Notes under the pieces: model-generated | Told to the model about the DNA's origin: nothing | The model's input: only the letters and a program-made list of their open reading frames with translations | The model's database searches: none | Shown here: positions 9,586-19,766 of the stretch, one piece after another | Numbering within the stretch: position 1 is the first letter of the stretch | Layout of the letters: the number at the start of each line of letters is the position of its first letter | Program-made: the position numbers and the translations under genes | Assembly (NCBI GenBank): GCA_036677365.1 | Contig: JAVBWN010000014.1 | Location: 127,137-191,136, forward strand | Direction: 5' to 3' | Length of the DNA: 64,000 bases | Origin: Acholeplasma sp. | Lineage (GTDB): Bacteria > Bacillota_I > Bacilli_A > Acholeplasmatales > UBA5453

Positions 9586-10767
9586 ATGAAAAATGAATCG
9601 TTTTGGGTCATCGGTAGTGGTACCTTATCACTCGATGATTCATCCACATTAGCACTCTTATACCAGCCACTCATCGGCACCGAAAGCCATGGGTTGTATT
9701 TGTTTCTTCAAGCACTGGTGAATGCGAAAACATATCAATCTGAAGTCTACCCAAAATCGTTTCTTTTAGATGCGTTAAACCTCAAGGATAAAAATTTGAG
9801 TGACGCCTTTGGTAAACTTGAAGCGGTAGGATTATTATCCACGTATCAAAAAGATACGATTTTTATGTATCGTTTGACGATGCCACTCACCCCTAAGCAA
9901 TTTTTCTTAGATGGCATTTTAGGTAGTTTTTTGAAGAGCGAAATTGGTGAAAGTAACTTTGAGTGGCTTTTTGAACGGTTCGCCATCCCCGAAATCAACC
10001 GTGTGGGCTATGAAAATATCACCAAATCTTTTGACCAAGTATACCAAGTGAAAACCCTCGATTCTGTGTCGTCTTCACTACATATTGTAGGTCGAAAAAA
10101 TGGTTCAGGGATTGTCATCAACCAAGACTTTAAACTCGATCAATTGTTTGAAGTCTTGCCCGTTCGACTACAAAAGAAACGTATTTTTACTAAAAAGATT
10201 CAATCTCAAATCGCCTCCATCCTCTATGTCTATGGGTTTACTTTGGAAGACATGAAACAAGTACTCATCGAAGCGTATGATGAAGACCATAGTGGTTTGT
10301 TTTATGAGAAAATCAATCTCTGTGCACAAAGATACCATGAAAAACACAATGGTAAAGAACGCATCGAAATCGATTTAAAAGGCGATTCAGAACGTCCGAA
10401 ATTATCGGATTTTAGCCCGCAAGATTTGATCAGCCATTACGCTCCAAAAATGACCAACAGTGCGTTTGCTTTAGAGACGATTCGTCAGTTTGTCGAAAGG
10501 AATGCGGTAGAAGTGGGTGTCATCAACGCGGTCATCATCATTTGTTTGAGAATCAAACCCGATTTACCGAACTTAAATTACTTAGAAAAAGTCCTCAATA
10601 CACTCTTACAAAAAGGCATCACAACCGAACCAGAGGCGTATGAGTATATCATGAAAGACCCTGAACCCAAGGTCGAAAAGAAAACGTATTATCCAAAAGA
10701 AAAACGGGTTGCACCTGTCCCTGAGTGGATGGATGAATTCAAAGCATTGTTGGAAAGTGGGGATTAA
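9586..10767 (+). CDS. dnaB: Bacillota-type helicase-loader accessory DnaB (DnaD/B domain)
   Basis: LYQPLIG, KLEAVGLL, NITKSFDQVY; directly upstream of dnaI. Confidence 0.88.
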   Translation: MKNESFWVIGSGTLSLDDSSTLALLYQPLIGTESHGLYLFLQALVNAKTYQSEVYPKSFLLDALNLKDKNLSDAFGKLEAVGLLSTYQKDTIFMYRLTMPLTPKQFFLDGILGSFLKSEIGESNFEWLFERFAIPEINRVGYENITKSFDQVYQVKTLDSVSSSLHIVGRKNGSGIVINQDFKLDQLFEVLPVRLQKKRIFTKKIQSQIASILYVYGFTLEDMKQVLIEAYDEDHSGLFYEKINLCAQRYHEKHNGKERIEIDLKGDSERPKLSDFSPQDLISHYAPKMTNSAFALETIRQFVERNAVEVGVINAVIIICLRIKPDLPNLNYLEKVLNTLLQKGITTEPEAYEYIMKDPEPKVEKKTYYPKEKRVAPVPEWMDEFKALLESGD

Positions 10768-11595
10768 ATGGGCAGCTTAGATCTATTAAGAAAAGAAATT
10801 GCATCGTTTTCTGAAACCAAAGATTTAAACGTCAGTGATTCCGATGTCATCACAGTGGTTCAATACATCGATTTAAAAAAAGCATATAACCCTAAAGACC
10901 CAACTCAAAAGTTTGAACCTGTATTGGTGATTGAGCCTTTTGTCACCATCGAATACCGTGTGTCGGCAGCGTATCAAAAAAATGAAATCGAACAAGGCAA
11001 ACAAAAGAAGTTGGACACCACCTACCACAACGATTATTTAATTGATGCGAAACTCGCTGATTTCAAGTTATTTAACGATGAACGCAGAGAAGCACTAGAG
11101 GCATCCAACCGTTTTATTGAATCCATCAAACCAGGCGAATTTGTTCGTGGGATGTATTTTTATGGTAAATATAGAACTGGGAAAACCTATCTACTCTCTG
11201 CGATTGCCAATGCACTGATTGAAAAAAACATTTCGGTTGTGTTTGCATACTTCCCAGATTTGGTTAGAAACATGAAGAATGCATTTGCTGACAATTCGTT
11301 AGAAACCAAAGTCAAACAACTCAAATCCTGTGGGGTTCTCATTTTAGACGATGTGGGCGGTGAGTACATGACCGCTTGGTTTAGAGATGAAATTTTCGGA
11401 CCGATCTTACAATACCGCTTGACTGTGGGGTTACCTGTGTTGATCTCCTCAAACTACAAGATGACCGATCTACACCGCGTGTTCGCAGAAGCCAAAGATG
11501 GTGTCGATGAAGTGAAAGCGATGCGAATCATGATGCGCATCCGCGAACTCACCAAAGAAATCAAATTGTCTGAAAAGAGTTATGATTCGATTTAA
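10768..11595 (+). CDS. dnaI: primosomal helicase loader DnaI
   Basis: Walker A GMYFYGKYRTGKT, Walker B LILDDVGGE, WFRDEI, ILQYR. Confidence 0.92.
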   Translation: MGSLDLLRKEIASFSETKDLNVSDSDVITVVQYIDLKKAYNPKDPTQKFEPVLVIEPFVTIEYRVSAAYQKNEIEQGKQKKLDTTYHNDYLIDAKLADFKLFNDERREALEASNRFIESIKPGEFVRGMYFYGKYRTGKTYLLSAIANALIEKNISVVFAYFPDLVRNMKNAFADNSLETKVKQLKSCGVLILDDVGGEYMTAWFRDEIFGPILQYRLTVGLPVLISSNYKMTDLHRVFAEAKDGVDEVKAMRIMMRIRELTKEIKLSEKSYDSI

Positions 11596-11596
11596 C

Positions 11597-11624
11597 TTGA
11601 CAGGGCACTTTAAAGTGCTATAAT
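11597..11624 (+). promoter_or_regulatory. thrS promoter
   Basis: TTGACA (11597-11602), 16 bp spacer, TATAAT (11619-11624) preceded by an extended TGn. Confidence 0.85.
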
Positions 11625-11629
11625 TTATA

Positions 11630-11832
11630 TGAAAAGCGAAGAATAGGCCATGATTTTTATACCCAAAGCGATGTAGGACGGTGCAAGCTACAACCATAAA
11701 AATTACTCCCTATGAGCTGCCTGCGAAAGCAGATGCCGTCTAACCGCGTTAAGGTGTTGAGTGCTAGAGTAATCTAGAACTAAGGTGGTACCACGATGAT
11801 TCGTCCTTAACTTTTTGTTAGGGACTTTTTTA
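11630..11832 (+). promoter_or_regulatory. T-box riboswitch (Thr)
   Basis: Stem I with AGCGA/GGTGCAA boxes and ACT (Thr) in the specifier position; T-box AAGGTGGTACCACG at 11782-11795; antiterminator CGTCCTT; terminator GTCCTTAAC/GTTAGGGAC + T run. Confidence 0.93.
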
Positions 11833-11851
11833 TTCTAAGGAGGATAATCAT

Positions 11852-13777
11852 ATGAAACTACATTTACCTGATGGCAAACAACTCGAAGTTGAAGTTGGCA
11901 TCAATCCATTACAAGTCGCACAGTCGATTTCCATGTCACTGGCGAAAAAATCAGTGGCTGCACTCTATAACGGTCAAGCGATTGAATTAGAAAAACCGAT
12001 GTTTGAAGACGGTGCATTCAAACTGCTTACCGCCGCAGACCCGGAAGCATTTGCTGTACTGAACCACTCTACAGCACACCTTTTAGCACAAGCGGTGAGA
12101 AGTTTGTATCCACAAGCGTGTTTTGGTGTTGGACCATCGATTGAAGAAGGATTTTATTATGACATCGATTTGGGGGATGTGAAATTCACGGATGAAATGT
12201 TGCCTGAGATCGAAAAGAAGATGGCCGAACTTGCGAAACAAGGCTTTGCCATCCATGGCAAAGAAGTTTCTTATGAAGAAGCTAAAGCCATTTTTAAACA
12301 AGACCCCTATAAACTTGAATTGATTGAAGGGTTAAAAGACCAAAAGATTTCTGTATACCAACAAGGCGATTTCATCGATTTATGCCGTGGTGGACACGTA
12401 TCCAATACCAAGGAAATCAAGTATTTCAAACTGCTCAACTTGGCAGGCGCTTATTGGCGTGGAAACAGTGACAATAAGATGTTGTCACGTGTCTATGGGG
12501 TTGCATTTTTTACCAAAGAAGCCCTCGATGCCCATCTAAATATGCTTGAAGAACGTAAACAGAGAGACCACAGAAAAATTGGTAAAGAACTCGATTTGTT
12601 CTTAATTTCTAAAGAAGTGGGATCTGGTTTGGGTTTCTGGCTTAAAAATGGGGCTACCATCCGTAGAATCATCGAAAGATACATCACCGATAAAGAAATC
12701 AGCCTAGGTTATGAACACGTCTATACCCCAATCATGGCGAATGTGGAACTTTATAAAACCAGTGGACACTGGTCTCATTATAAGGATTCGATGTTCCCAC
12801 CGATGGACATGGGCGATGGTGAATTGTTGGTATTAAGACCAATGAACTGTCCACACCACATGATCATTTTCAAAAATGAAGTCCATTCCTATAAAGAACT
12901 CCCTATCCGCATCGCTGAACTCGGGATGATGCACAGATATGAAAAATCAGGGGCACTCTCCGGATTACAACGTGTACGCGAAATGACCTTGAATGATGCG
13001 CATATTTTCGTCAGACCAGACCAAATCAAAGATGAATTCAAACGCACTGTGGACTTACTCCTCAATGTGTATAAAGATTTCAACATCCATGACTATAAGT
13101 TCCGTTTGAGTTACAGAGACCCTGAAAACAAGGAAAAATACTTTGATGATAATCAAATGTGGGAAAATGCTCAAAAAGAACTCAAAGAAGTGATGGATGA
13201 ACTAGGAATGCCATACTTTGAAGCGATTGGTGAAGCGGCTTTCTATGGACCGAAACTGGATGTTCAAGTCAAAACAGCTTTAGGTAACGATGAAACCTTA
13301 TCCACCATTCAAATCGACTTCTTATTACCGAGACGATTTGAACTCACTTATGTCGGTGAAGATGGTAAAAACGACCAAGTCCCTGTGGTCATCCACCGCG
13401 GGATTGTTTCCACCATGGAACGCTTTGTGGCTTTCTTAATCGAAGAATACAAAGGTGCATTCCCATTGTGGTTATCGCCAGTTCAAGCGAAGATTTTACC
13501 GGTAAACTTAAACTTCCATGCCGACTATGCCATCGAAGTTCAAAAACAATTATTAGCCTTAGGGTTTAGAGTAGAAGTGGATTTGAGAAACGAAAAACTC
13601 GGTTATAAGATCAGAGAAGCACAAACCAAAAAGGTGCCACTTCAACTGGTCATTGGTGACAAAGAAGTTGAACAAGGCGGCGTCACATATCGCTTATACG
13701 GTAAAGAAGAACAAATCTTCTTACCAATGGCTGAATTCGTGGCTTGGTTCAAAGCTTATAACGATTCGAAGAAGTAA
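11852..13777 (+). CDS. thrS: threonyl-tRNA synthetase
   Basis: TGS domain, [44 protein letters not shown]. Confidence 0.99.
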   Translation: MKLHLPDGKQLEVEVGINPLQVAQSISMSLAKKSVAALYNGQAIELEKPMFEDGAFKLLTAADPEAFAVLNHSTAHLLAQAVRSLYPQACFGVGPSIEEGFYYDIDLGDVKFTDEMLPEIEKKMAELAKQGFAIHGKEVSYEEAKAIFKQDPYKLELIEGLKDQKISVYQQGDFIDLCRGGHVSNTKEIKYFKLLNLAGAYWRGNSDNKMLSRVYGVAFFTKEALDAHLNMLEERKQRDHRKIGKELDLFLISKEVGSGLGFWLKNGATIRRIIERYITDKEISLGYEHVYTPIMANVELYKTSGHWSHYKDSMFPPMDMGDGELLVLRPMNCPHHMIIFKNEVHSYKELPIRIAELGMMHRYEKSGALSGLQRVREMTLNDAHIFVRPDQIKDEFKRTVDLLLNVYKDFNIHDYKFRLSYRDPENKEKYFDDNQMWENAQKELKEVMDELGMPYFEAIGEAAFYGPKLDVQVKTALGNDETLSTIQIDFLLPRRFELTYVGEDGKNDQVPVVIHRGIVSTMERFVAFLIEEYKGAFPLWLSPVQAKILPVNLNFHADYAIEVQKQLLALGFRVEVDLRNEKLGYKIREAQTKKVPLQLVIGDKEVEQGGVTYRLYGKEEQIFLPMAEFVAWFKAYNDSKK

Positions 13778-13794
13778 TTTTTTAACCATAAATG

Positions 13795-13820
13795 AAGGCC
13801 CATGCATGGGCCTTTTGTTT
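13795..13820 (+). terminator. intrinsic terminator after thrS
   Basis: AAGGCCCA/TGGGCCTT stem + TTGTTT. Confidence 0.85.
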
Positions 13821-13986
13821 AAATATAAATAAATTCAAAAAAATTCAAAACATCTATTGAAAATTCATAAAAAGGTGTATAATAAGGTTGACATGAGATT
13901 TTGTTCGATACGTTTAAGATTTATTCTAAAGCATGACAGTGTTTTTTTGGTATGCGAACAATTAATAATATTGAAGGAGTGAAACT

Positions 13987-14889
13987 ATGTTAGAAGTGAA
14001 TCACGTCAAAAAGAATTATGGGTCACTGACTGCGGTCAATGATTTGTCTTTTTCGATTCAACCAGGTGAAATCTTTGGGCTATTGGGTACCAATGGGGCA
14101 GGGAAAACCACCACATTTAAAATGATTTTGGGTTTATTAGAACCCACCGAAGGCAACATCCGTTTTCATGGTAAAAAGATCTCTTATGATGATGTAGACC
14201 AGATTGGCTATATGATTGAAGAGCGCTCGTTACTGGTCAAATTGAGTGTGAAAGAATTGGTTTTACATTATGGCGCATTGAAAGGTTTAGATAAAGATAC
14301 CATCCTTGAACGTTTGAACTATTGGCTCAAACGTTTCAACATAGAATCCTATTTGGACAAAAAAATCAAGGAACTATCCAAAGGAAACCAACAGAAAATC
14401 CAATTCATCACAGCCATCATCAACAACCCGAAATTGTTGGTACTAGACGAACCATTTTCTGGACTAGACCCCATCAATACCAATAAATTTGTTGAAGTCA
14501 TCCGAGACTTTCAACAAAAAGGGACCATGATTATTTTCTCTACCCACCAAATCGATCATGTTGAATCCTTTTGTGAACAATTGATTGTCTTAGAAAAAGG
14601 GATTCCAGTCTTACAAGGCAAAATCAGTGACATCAAGAAGGACTTCAAGCGACACAACATCCGTTTGATTGGTGAGGTTGAAGAAGCCAAACTCAGATCG
14701 ATTGAAGGCGTATTAGATGTCATCATTCAACCGAATGAGTGGATTGTTAAAATCGCCGATGAATCGTTTTCTGAAGCGGTATTTAATTACGTGAAAACCT
14801 GCAAAAATGTTCGTAAGTTCGATGTTGAACAAGCGACTTTATCTGAAATTTTCATTGAGAAAGTAGGCGAAACTTATGAGCAAGTTTAA
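13987..14889 (+). CDS. ABC-2 exporter ATP-binding subunit (YhaQ/NatA-like)
   Basis: GTNGAGKTT, LSKGNQQK, LDEPFSGLDP, C-terminal DUF4162-like tail. Confidence 0.92.
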   Translation: MLEVNHVKKNYGSLTAVNDLSFSIQPGEIFGLLGTNGAGKTTTFKMILGLLEPTEGNIRFHGKKISYDDVDQIGYMIEERSLLVKLSVKELVLHYGALKGLDKDTILERLNYWLKRFNIESYLDKKIKELSKGNQQKIQFITAIINNPKLLVLDEPFSGLDPINTNKFVEVIRDFQQKGTMIIFSTHQIDHVESFCEQLIVLEKGIPVLQGKISDIKKDFKRHNIRLIGEVEEAKLRSIEGVLDVIIQPNEWIVKIADESFSEAVFNYVKTCKNVRKFDVEQATLSEIFIEKVGETYEQV

Positions 14890-16189
14890 ATATTTACTCA
14901 AATATGGCATCAAACGACGTATTGGAACGAAGGCATTCTATATCGCCAACATCGTCATCTTCATCGCCTTATTGGCGTTGATGAATATCCCAAACATCGT
15001 TGCTTTCTTTGACGATGGTGAGGCATCTAAAGAAATCGTTTATGTGGTAGATGATACCCAAAAAGGCCTCGAATCGATAGAAATCTTAGACCAAAGTGCA
15101 CAAGCCCTCTTGAGCATGATTCCAGGGGCGAATGTCTCATTTGAACCACAAGCCACGGTAGACCCCAACAATTTGAGTTTTGGTGCTTCCAAAGCCATCA
15201 TACATTTAACGGCCAATGGGGACATCTTGGTGGTCGACATTTATAAAAACGGTTTGGATACGTTGAATGAGACGGTTTTGTTACAAGCTTTATCTGTCTT
15301 AAAAGTCCAAGTATGGGCTGCCGATAAAACACCAGCCGAATTAGAACTCATCTCCGATTTTAACCAACCATTGGTCTATGAGATCCACACACAAGAAGAT
15401 GACCATACCACGAGAGATTTAATATTATCTGCCATCAGCGTGTTTGTCGCTATCCCCATCTTCATCATGCTCATCCTAAGCGTTCAATTCGTGGGTGTCG
15501 ATATCATTGAAGAAAAATCAACAAAAGCCATCGAATTTGTGATGTCTACCGTACCACCACAAACCCATTTCATGACCAAGATTTTAGCGTCATTTATTTT
15601 CTTAATTGTCCAATCGGGATTGATTTTCATCTACGGGATCATCGCTGGGTTTGTTTCAACCACAGTCCTTGGTGCGACCAATGGTCAAATGTCGATCAGT
15701 GAACTCATTGGGATGTTGACTGAAACCGATTCAAACATCATCTCAAGTGTACTGAATGCCTTACCGATGGCTTTATTCATAACCCTGATCTTTATGATTG
15801 TGGGTGGTTTGTTCTTCATGATATTCATGGCGACCCTCGCCTCTATGTCAACCTCGATGGAAGACTTCCAATCGTTTCAATCGCCGTTCATGTTTACGAT
15901 GTTGATTGGATTTTATGCTTCGATTTTCTCCATGTACATGGGGGATTCCATCGTACTGAAGATTTTAGGTTATATCCCACTATTTTCACCCATCGTGGTT
16001 CCGACCCTGTATATGAGTGGGGTCTTGGGTGTAGTCGATGTCATCATTTCATTTGTGATCTTAATCGGGTCTACGGTTGGGATGTATTACTTACTCGCCC
16101 CAGTGTACAAAGCCTCCATCTTGAGTTATGACCAATCGCCATTTTTCCAAAGAATTAAAAAGATGTTTAAACGCAGTAAAGCGATGTAA
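14876..16189 (+). CDS. ABC-2 exporter permease (YhaP/NatB-like)
   Basis: N-terminal TM + extracellular loop + multiple TMs; EEKSTKAIE motif; overlaps the ATPase stop. Confidence 0.88.
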   Translation: MSKFKYLLKYGIKRRIGTKAFYIANIVIFIALLALMNIPNIVAFFDDGEASKEIVYVVDDTQKGLESIEILDQSAQALLSMIPGANVSFEPQATVDPNNLSFGASKAIIHLTANGDILVVDIYKNGLDTLNETVLLQALSVLKVQVWAADKTPAELELISDFNQPLVYEIHTQEDDHTTRDLILSAISVFVAIPIFIMLILSVQFVGVDIIEEKSTKAIEFVMSTVPPQTHFMTKILASFIFLIVQSGLIFIYGIIAGFVSTTVLGATNGQMSISELIGMLTETDSNIISSVLNALPMALFITLIFMIVGGLFFMIFMATLASMSTSMEDFQSFQSPFMFTMLIGFYASIFSMYMGDSIVLKILGYIPLFSPIVVPTLYMSGVLGVVDVIISFVILIGSTVGMYYLLAPVYKASILSYDQSPFFQRIKKMFKRSKAM

Positions 16190-16191
16190 CC

Positions 16192-16223
16192 AAAGACTTC
16201 CCGAATTGGGAAGTTTTCTTTTT
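16192..16223 (+). terminator. intrinsic terminator
   Basis: ACTTCCC-GAATT-GGGAAGT + TTTCTTTTT. Confidence 0.8.
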
Positions 16224-16224
16224 A

Positions 16225-16331
16225 AATTAGATGATTATCTAATTAAACGGGTGTTTATTCAGAACATTAATCATAAAAATAGATAAAAGTCTAACAAAAC
16301 AGTTGACAAAATTAGATGAACATCTTATAAT
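16225..16331 (+). promoter_or_regulatory. MFS-arsR promoter with three TAGAT-N4-ATCTA operator boxes
   Basis: TTGACA 16303-16308, 17 bp spacer, TATAAT 16326-16331. Perfect palindrome AATTAGAT-GATT-ATCTAATT at 16225-16244; degenerate copies at 16280-16293 and 16313-16326. Confidence 0.75.
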
Positions 16332-16356
16332 TGGTGTGTATTCAGGGGAGGTATCT

Positions 16357-17655
16357 ATGCACACACACATCTTAAAAAACACACAATATCGAAGACTCAT
16401 CTTTGGTAAACTCGTCTCGCTATTGGGATCTAATATCATGCAATTTGCGCTATCGCTATACGTATTGAATACCACAGGTTCAGCGACACTGTTTGCCAGC
16501 ATGTTGTCGATTTCCATTTTACCCAGATTGGTATTCACCCCATTTGCGGGCGTCATTTCAGACCGTTGGCATCGTAAACACATGATTGTTGGACTAGACA
16601 TGCTGAGCGGGGTTTTTCTCATCCTCACTGGGTTTTATTGGTTGGCCGATCAACAACAATTATCGATACTTGCCATTTACATCATCATCGTGGTATTGGA
16701 AATCATAGAAATATTCTTCCACGCAGCGATGTCAGCGGTCTTACCTTCAATCGTTCCAAAGACACAATATTTAGAAGCCAATTCATTTCAAACGGTGGTT
16801 TTGAATATCGGCCAACTGCTTGCACCTGTGTTGGGGGCATTGCTTTATATGCATACCGATATGCTATGGATTTTATGGATCAACGGGTTGAGTTTTATCT
16901 TATCTAGTATCGCAGAGATGATGATTACCTTACCAAAACAGGTGAAGAACAATGAAAAAATGACATTCAAGGTGTTTTATCAAGATACCATGGCTGGGAT
17001 CGATTTGATCCGTAAAGAAGCGTCTATTTCATCGATGATTTCACTCGCAACCATCATCAACTTTTGTATCGCACCGCTGTTTTCGGTGGGTTTGATTTAC
17101 ATCATCAAATCGGTCTTATTGGTCAGCGATTTTGAGTTTGGTTTTTATCAAATGGCGATTTCTCTATCGATGATTGTGACCCCATTATTCGCGGTTAAAA
17201 TCATTAGACGATTTTCATTATCCAAAGTCTTTTTCCAGGCTTTTATGGGGTTGTCGTGCATCATATTTGTTTTAGCATTCATATTGTCCCCTTGGGCAAT
17301 TCAAGCCGTGGGTGCGCTAAAAATCACATTTTATGTCATTTTGATTTTAAGTTTCCTAACGGGGATGTTGGTCAGTATCGCCAATCTCGCGAACGCCACG
17401 ATTTTTCAAAAAGTGGTCCCGTTATCGATGATGGGTCGAGTATCCTCGGTAATGATGTTGCTTGTTACCATATTTGTACCGATTGGGCAAATGATTTTTG
17501 GGGTGTTGTATGATATAATGGACCCAAGCATTGTGATCTTTTTTGCAGGATTGATTTTGATGGTTTCGGTAATTTTACACAAATCAAAATTAAACCAAGT
17601 CAATACCACAAAACAACCTAAAATAATCAAAGGAGTGGAAGTCGTTGGAAGTTAA
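16357..17655 (+). CDS. MFS efflux transporter (DHA3/MefA-like)
   Basis: About 12 TMs, motif A GVISDRWHRK, MMGRV; start at ATG 16357 after GGGGAGG (the ORF-track TTG start is the -35 box). Confidence 0.9.
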   Translation: MHTHILKNTQYRRLIFGKLVSLLGSNIMQFALSLYVLNTTGSATLFASMLSISILPRLVFTPFAGVISDRWHRKHMIVGLDMLSGVFLILTGFYWLADQQQLSILAIYIIIVVLEIIEIFFHAAMSAVLPSIVPKTQYLEANSFQTVVLNIGQLLAPVLGALLYMHTDMLWILWINGLSFILSSIAEMMITLPKQVKNNEKMTFKVFYQDTMAGIDLIRKEASISSMISLATIINFCIAPLFSVGLIYIIKSVLLVSDFEFGFYQMAISLSMIVTPLFAVKIIRRFSLSKVFFQAFMGLSCIIFVLAFILSPWAIQAVGALKITFYVILILSFLTGMLVSIANLANATIFQKVVPLSMMGRVSSVMMLLVTIFVPIGQMIFGVLYDIMDPSIVIFFAGLILMVSVILHKSKLNQVNTTKQPKIIKGVEVVGS

Positions 17656-18676
17656 TTTTCTAAAACAGGAATCACGTCTATTGGATTTATTGAAATTTGG
17701 TAAACTGTTATTTTTGACCGAAACGGAAAAAGAATTTGATGACCAATATCAAATTTGGATCAAGGAGATTCAAACCAAACTAGAACCATTCAGATCGCAA
17801 ATTCAGTCATTTTATTTAAAAGACGAGTATGCAACCCAAGATTTGAGTCATCTGTTGTTCAATGCTTTTCCAATCCACGGTTTTGATCAACAGGGTTATT
17901 TCAACTATATACTCAGTCAAAACACCGATACACTTAAATCCAAATTGTATGAAGCACTGGTGGTTTCGAATCAAGAAAAAGTAGAATCACACCCCAATCC
18001 AATTGTATTTATCCAAGGATTGGATTTGGATAACACCTTTAAGTGGCAACTCCTACTGATGATTGAAAACCCAATTCAAACCATCCAATCGTTTACCCAA
18101 CTGATGAAGCAATTAGAACCCCTCTTCAATCGTTACTATGACATGGTATCAAGTGCTGTCATTACACTTGGTGAACAGATGTCCCACGAACTTTTAACCC
18201 AGGGCAGTTCAGTGATAGAAACATGGAGCCAAGGGCGAATCAAAGGGATGACGATTGAAGACCAAACGCTCAACCTCATGATTTCCGGGGTCTATCAATA
18301 TGAAGTGATGATCAATCCGAAAAAGGATTGTCTCAATTTGGTTTGGGGACTTAAAATGAAACAAGCCTTTGACCACATGAGTCAAGCGGTTGAAAATAAA
18401 ACATCAGAACGGGTCACGGTCTTTAAAAACCTCGGCGATAAAACCCGTTATGAAGTGATTAAATGGATTTCAACGGGTCTCACCTCAGTGAAAGAAATCG
18501 CTGCGAAGATTGGTGTTTCCTCAGCCACCATTTCCTACCACATCAATGAACTATTGAAAAGTAAAATCATTACTCTGGAAAATCAAAACAAGAAATTTTC
18601 CTATGTCGTGGATTATGCCTATCTGAATGAAATCATCGATGAGTTGAAAACGGATTTGGATTTTCCAAAACCATAA
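17645..18676 (+). CDS. ArsR/SmtB-family regulator with long N-terminal domain and C-terminal wHTH
   Basis: FKNLGDKTRYEVI...KEIAAKIGVSSATISYHINEL. Confidence 0.85.
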   Translation: MEVNFLKQESRLLDLLKFGKLLFLTETEKEFDDQYQIWIKEIQTKLEPFRSQIQSFYLKDEYATQDLSHLLFNAFPIHGFDQQGYFNYILSQNTDTLKSKLYEALVVSNQEKVESHPNPIVFIQGLDLDNTFKWQLLLMIENPIQTIQSFTQLMKQLEPLFNRYYDMVSSAVITLGEQMSHELLTQGSSVIETWSQGRIKGMTIEDQTLNLMISGVYQYEVMINPKKDCLNLVWGLKMKQAFDHMSQAVENKTSERVTVFKNLGDKTRYEVIKWISTGLTSVKEIAAKIGVSSATISYHINELLKSKIITLENQNKKFSYVVDYAYLNEIIDELKTDLDFPKP

Positions 18677-18683
18677 CACATAC

Positions 18684-18707
18684 GCCACCCTTAGGGGTGG
18701 TTTTTTT
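18684..18707 (+). terminator. intrinsic terminator
   Basis: CCACCC-TTAG-GGGTGG + T7. Confidence 0.88.
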
Positions 18708-18766
18708 GCATTTTTTACATGCCTGCGGGGTCGGTTATGTTATAATCATTGTCGAGGTGTTAATTT

Positions 18767-19765
18767 ATGGCTACATATGAAGAACTTAAAAAACGCATTG
18801 AAGAACTCGTTGACCCAGGGTATGAAAAACCGTTAAGAGACGTCAATGGGATTAAAAAACTGACCGTAGGTCCAACCGGTGTGGTGGATGTTGAACTCTA
18901 CTTTTCCAAACCAGGCACGCCTGAAGAACAAAAATTTAAAATCAATTTAATCAAACTCGTGAAAGTCGAGTTGGGTTTCCCAGGCATCAAAGTCACCTTT
19001 GAACAAAACGAAGTTGTCAATGAAGGTGAAAAGAAAATCATTTATTTAGGCATCGCCTCTGGTAAAGGTGGCGTGGGTAAATCGACCGTTACAGCGAACC
19101 TCGCTGCGGCATTAACCCGATTGGGGAAAAAAGTCGGCATCATTGATGCGGACATTTATGGGGCTTCGATCCCACAAATCCTTAAAGTCGACATCAAGCC
19201 ATTGTCAGGGACCGATGACGATATGATGATCCCTTTACAAAGCGATGGCATTGAAGTCATTTCCACAGAATTTTTCATGCCAGCAGATAAACCCATCATG
19301 TGGCGTGGTCCGATGTTAGGCAAAATGCTTTCGCATTATTTCGGTGGGGTTGCGTGGCGTCCGGATACCGATTATGTGTTAATCGATTTACCTCCAGGCA
19401 CTGGCGATGTTGCCTTAGACATTCAAAAATTCGCACAACATACCAAGATGTTGATCGTTACGACCCCACATGTAAACGCGGCACACGTCGCGGTGAAAGC
19501 AGGGCTCGGTGCACAACAAATCGGTCACGCCGTGATTGGTGTGGTTGAGAACATGAGCTATTTTTTAAACCATTGTAATAGAAAACGTGAATTCATCTTT
19601 GGTCAAGGTGGTGGCGATAAAGTGGCTAAACAATTGGGTGTCGATGTATTGACTCAAATCCCGATTGGTCAACCAGTCGATGGCTATATCTTCCAAAGTG
19701 TTGAACCTGCAGGTTTAGCTTACGACCAACTCGCTTCAAAAGTCATCGATTTATTAGACGAGTAA
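18767..19765 (+). CDS. Mrp/ApbC/NBP35-family P-loop ATPase (SalA-like)
   Basis: SGKGGVGKST, DADIYG, WRGPML, DLPPGTGD, GVVENMSY. Confidence 0.92.
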   Translation: MATYEELKKRIEELVDPGYEKPLRDVNGIKKLTVGPTGVVDVELYFSKPGTPEEQKFKINLIKLVKVELGFPGIKVTFEQNEVVNEGEKKIIYLGIASGKGGVGKSTVTANLAAALTRLGKKVGIIDADIYGASIPQILKVDIKPLSGTDDDMMIPLQSDGIEVISTEFFMPADKPIMWRGPMLGKMLSHYFGGVAWRPDTDYVLIDLPPGTGDVALDIQKFAQHTKMLIVTTPHVNAAHVAVKAGLGAQQIGHAVIGVVENMSYFLNHCNRKREFIFGQGGGDKVAKQLGVDVLTQIPIGQPVDGYIFQSVEPAGLAYDQLASKVIDLLDE

Positions 19766-19766
19766 T

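Noticed and set aside
16303..16356. ORF-track N-terminal extensions (MFS here; likewise pstS, accA, fabK, the FabX-like gene and the second PII gene)
   Set aside because: The upstream starts fall in promoters or preceding genes; downstream ATGs have clear SD sequences.
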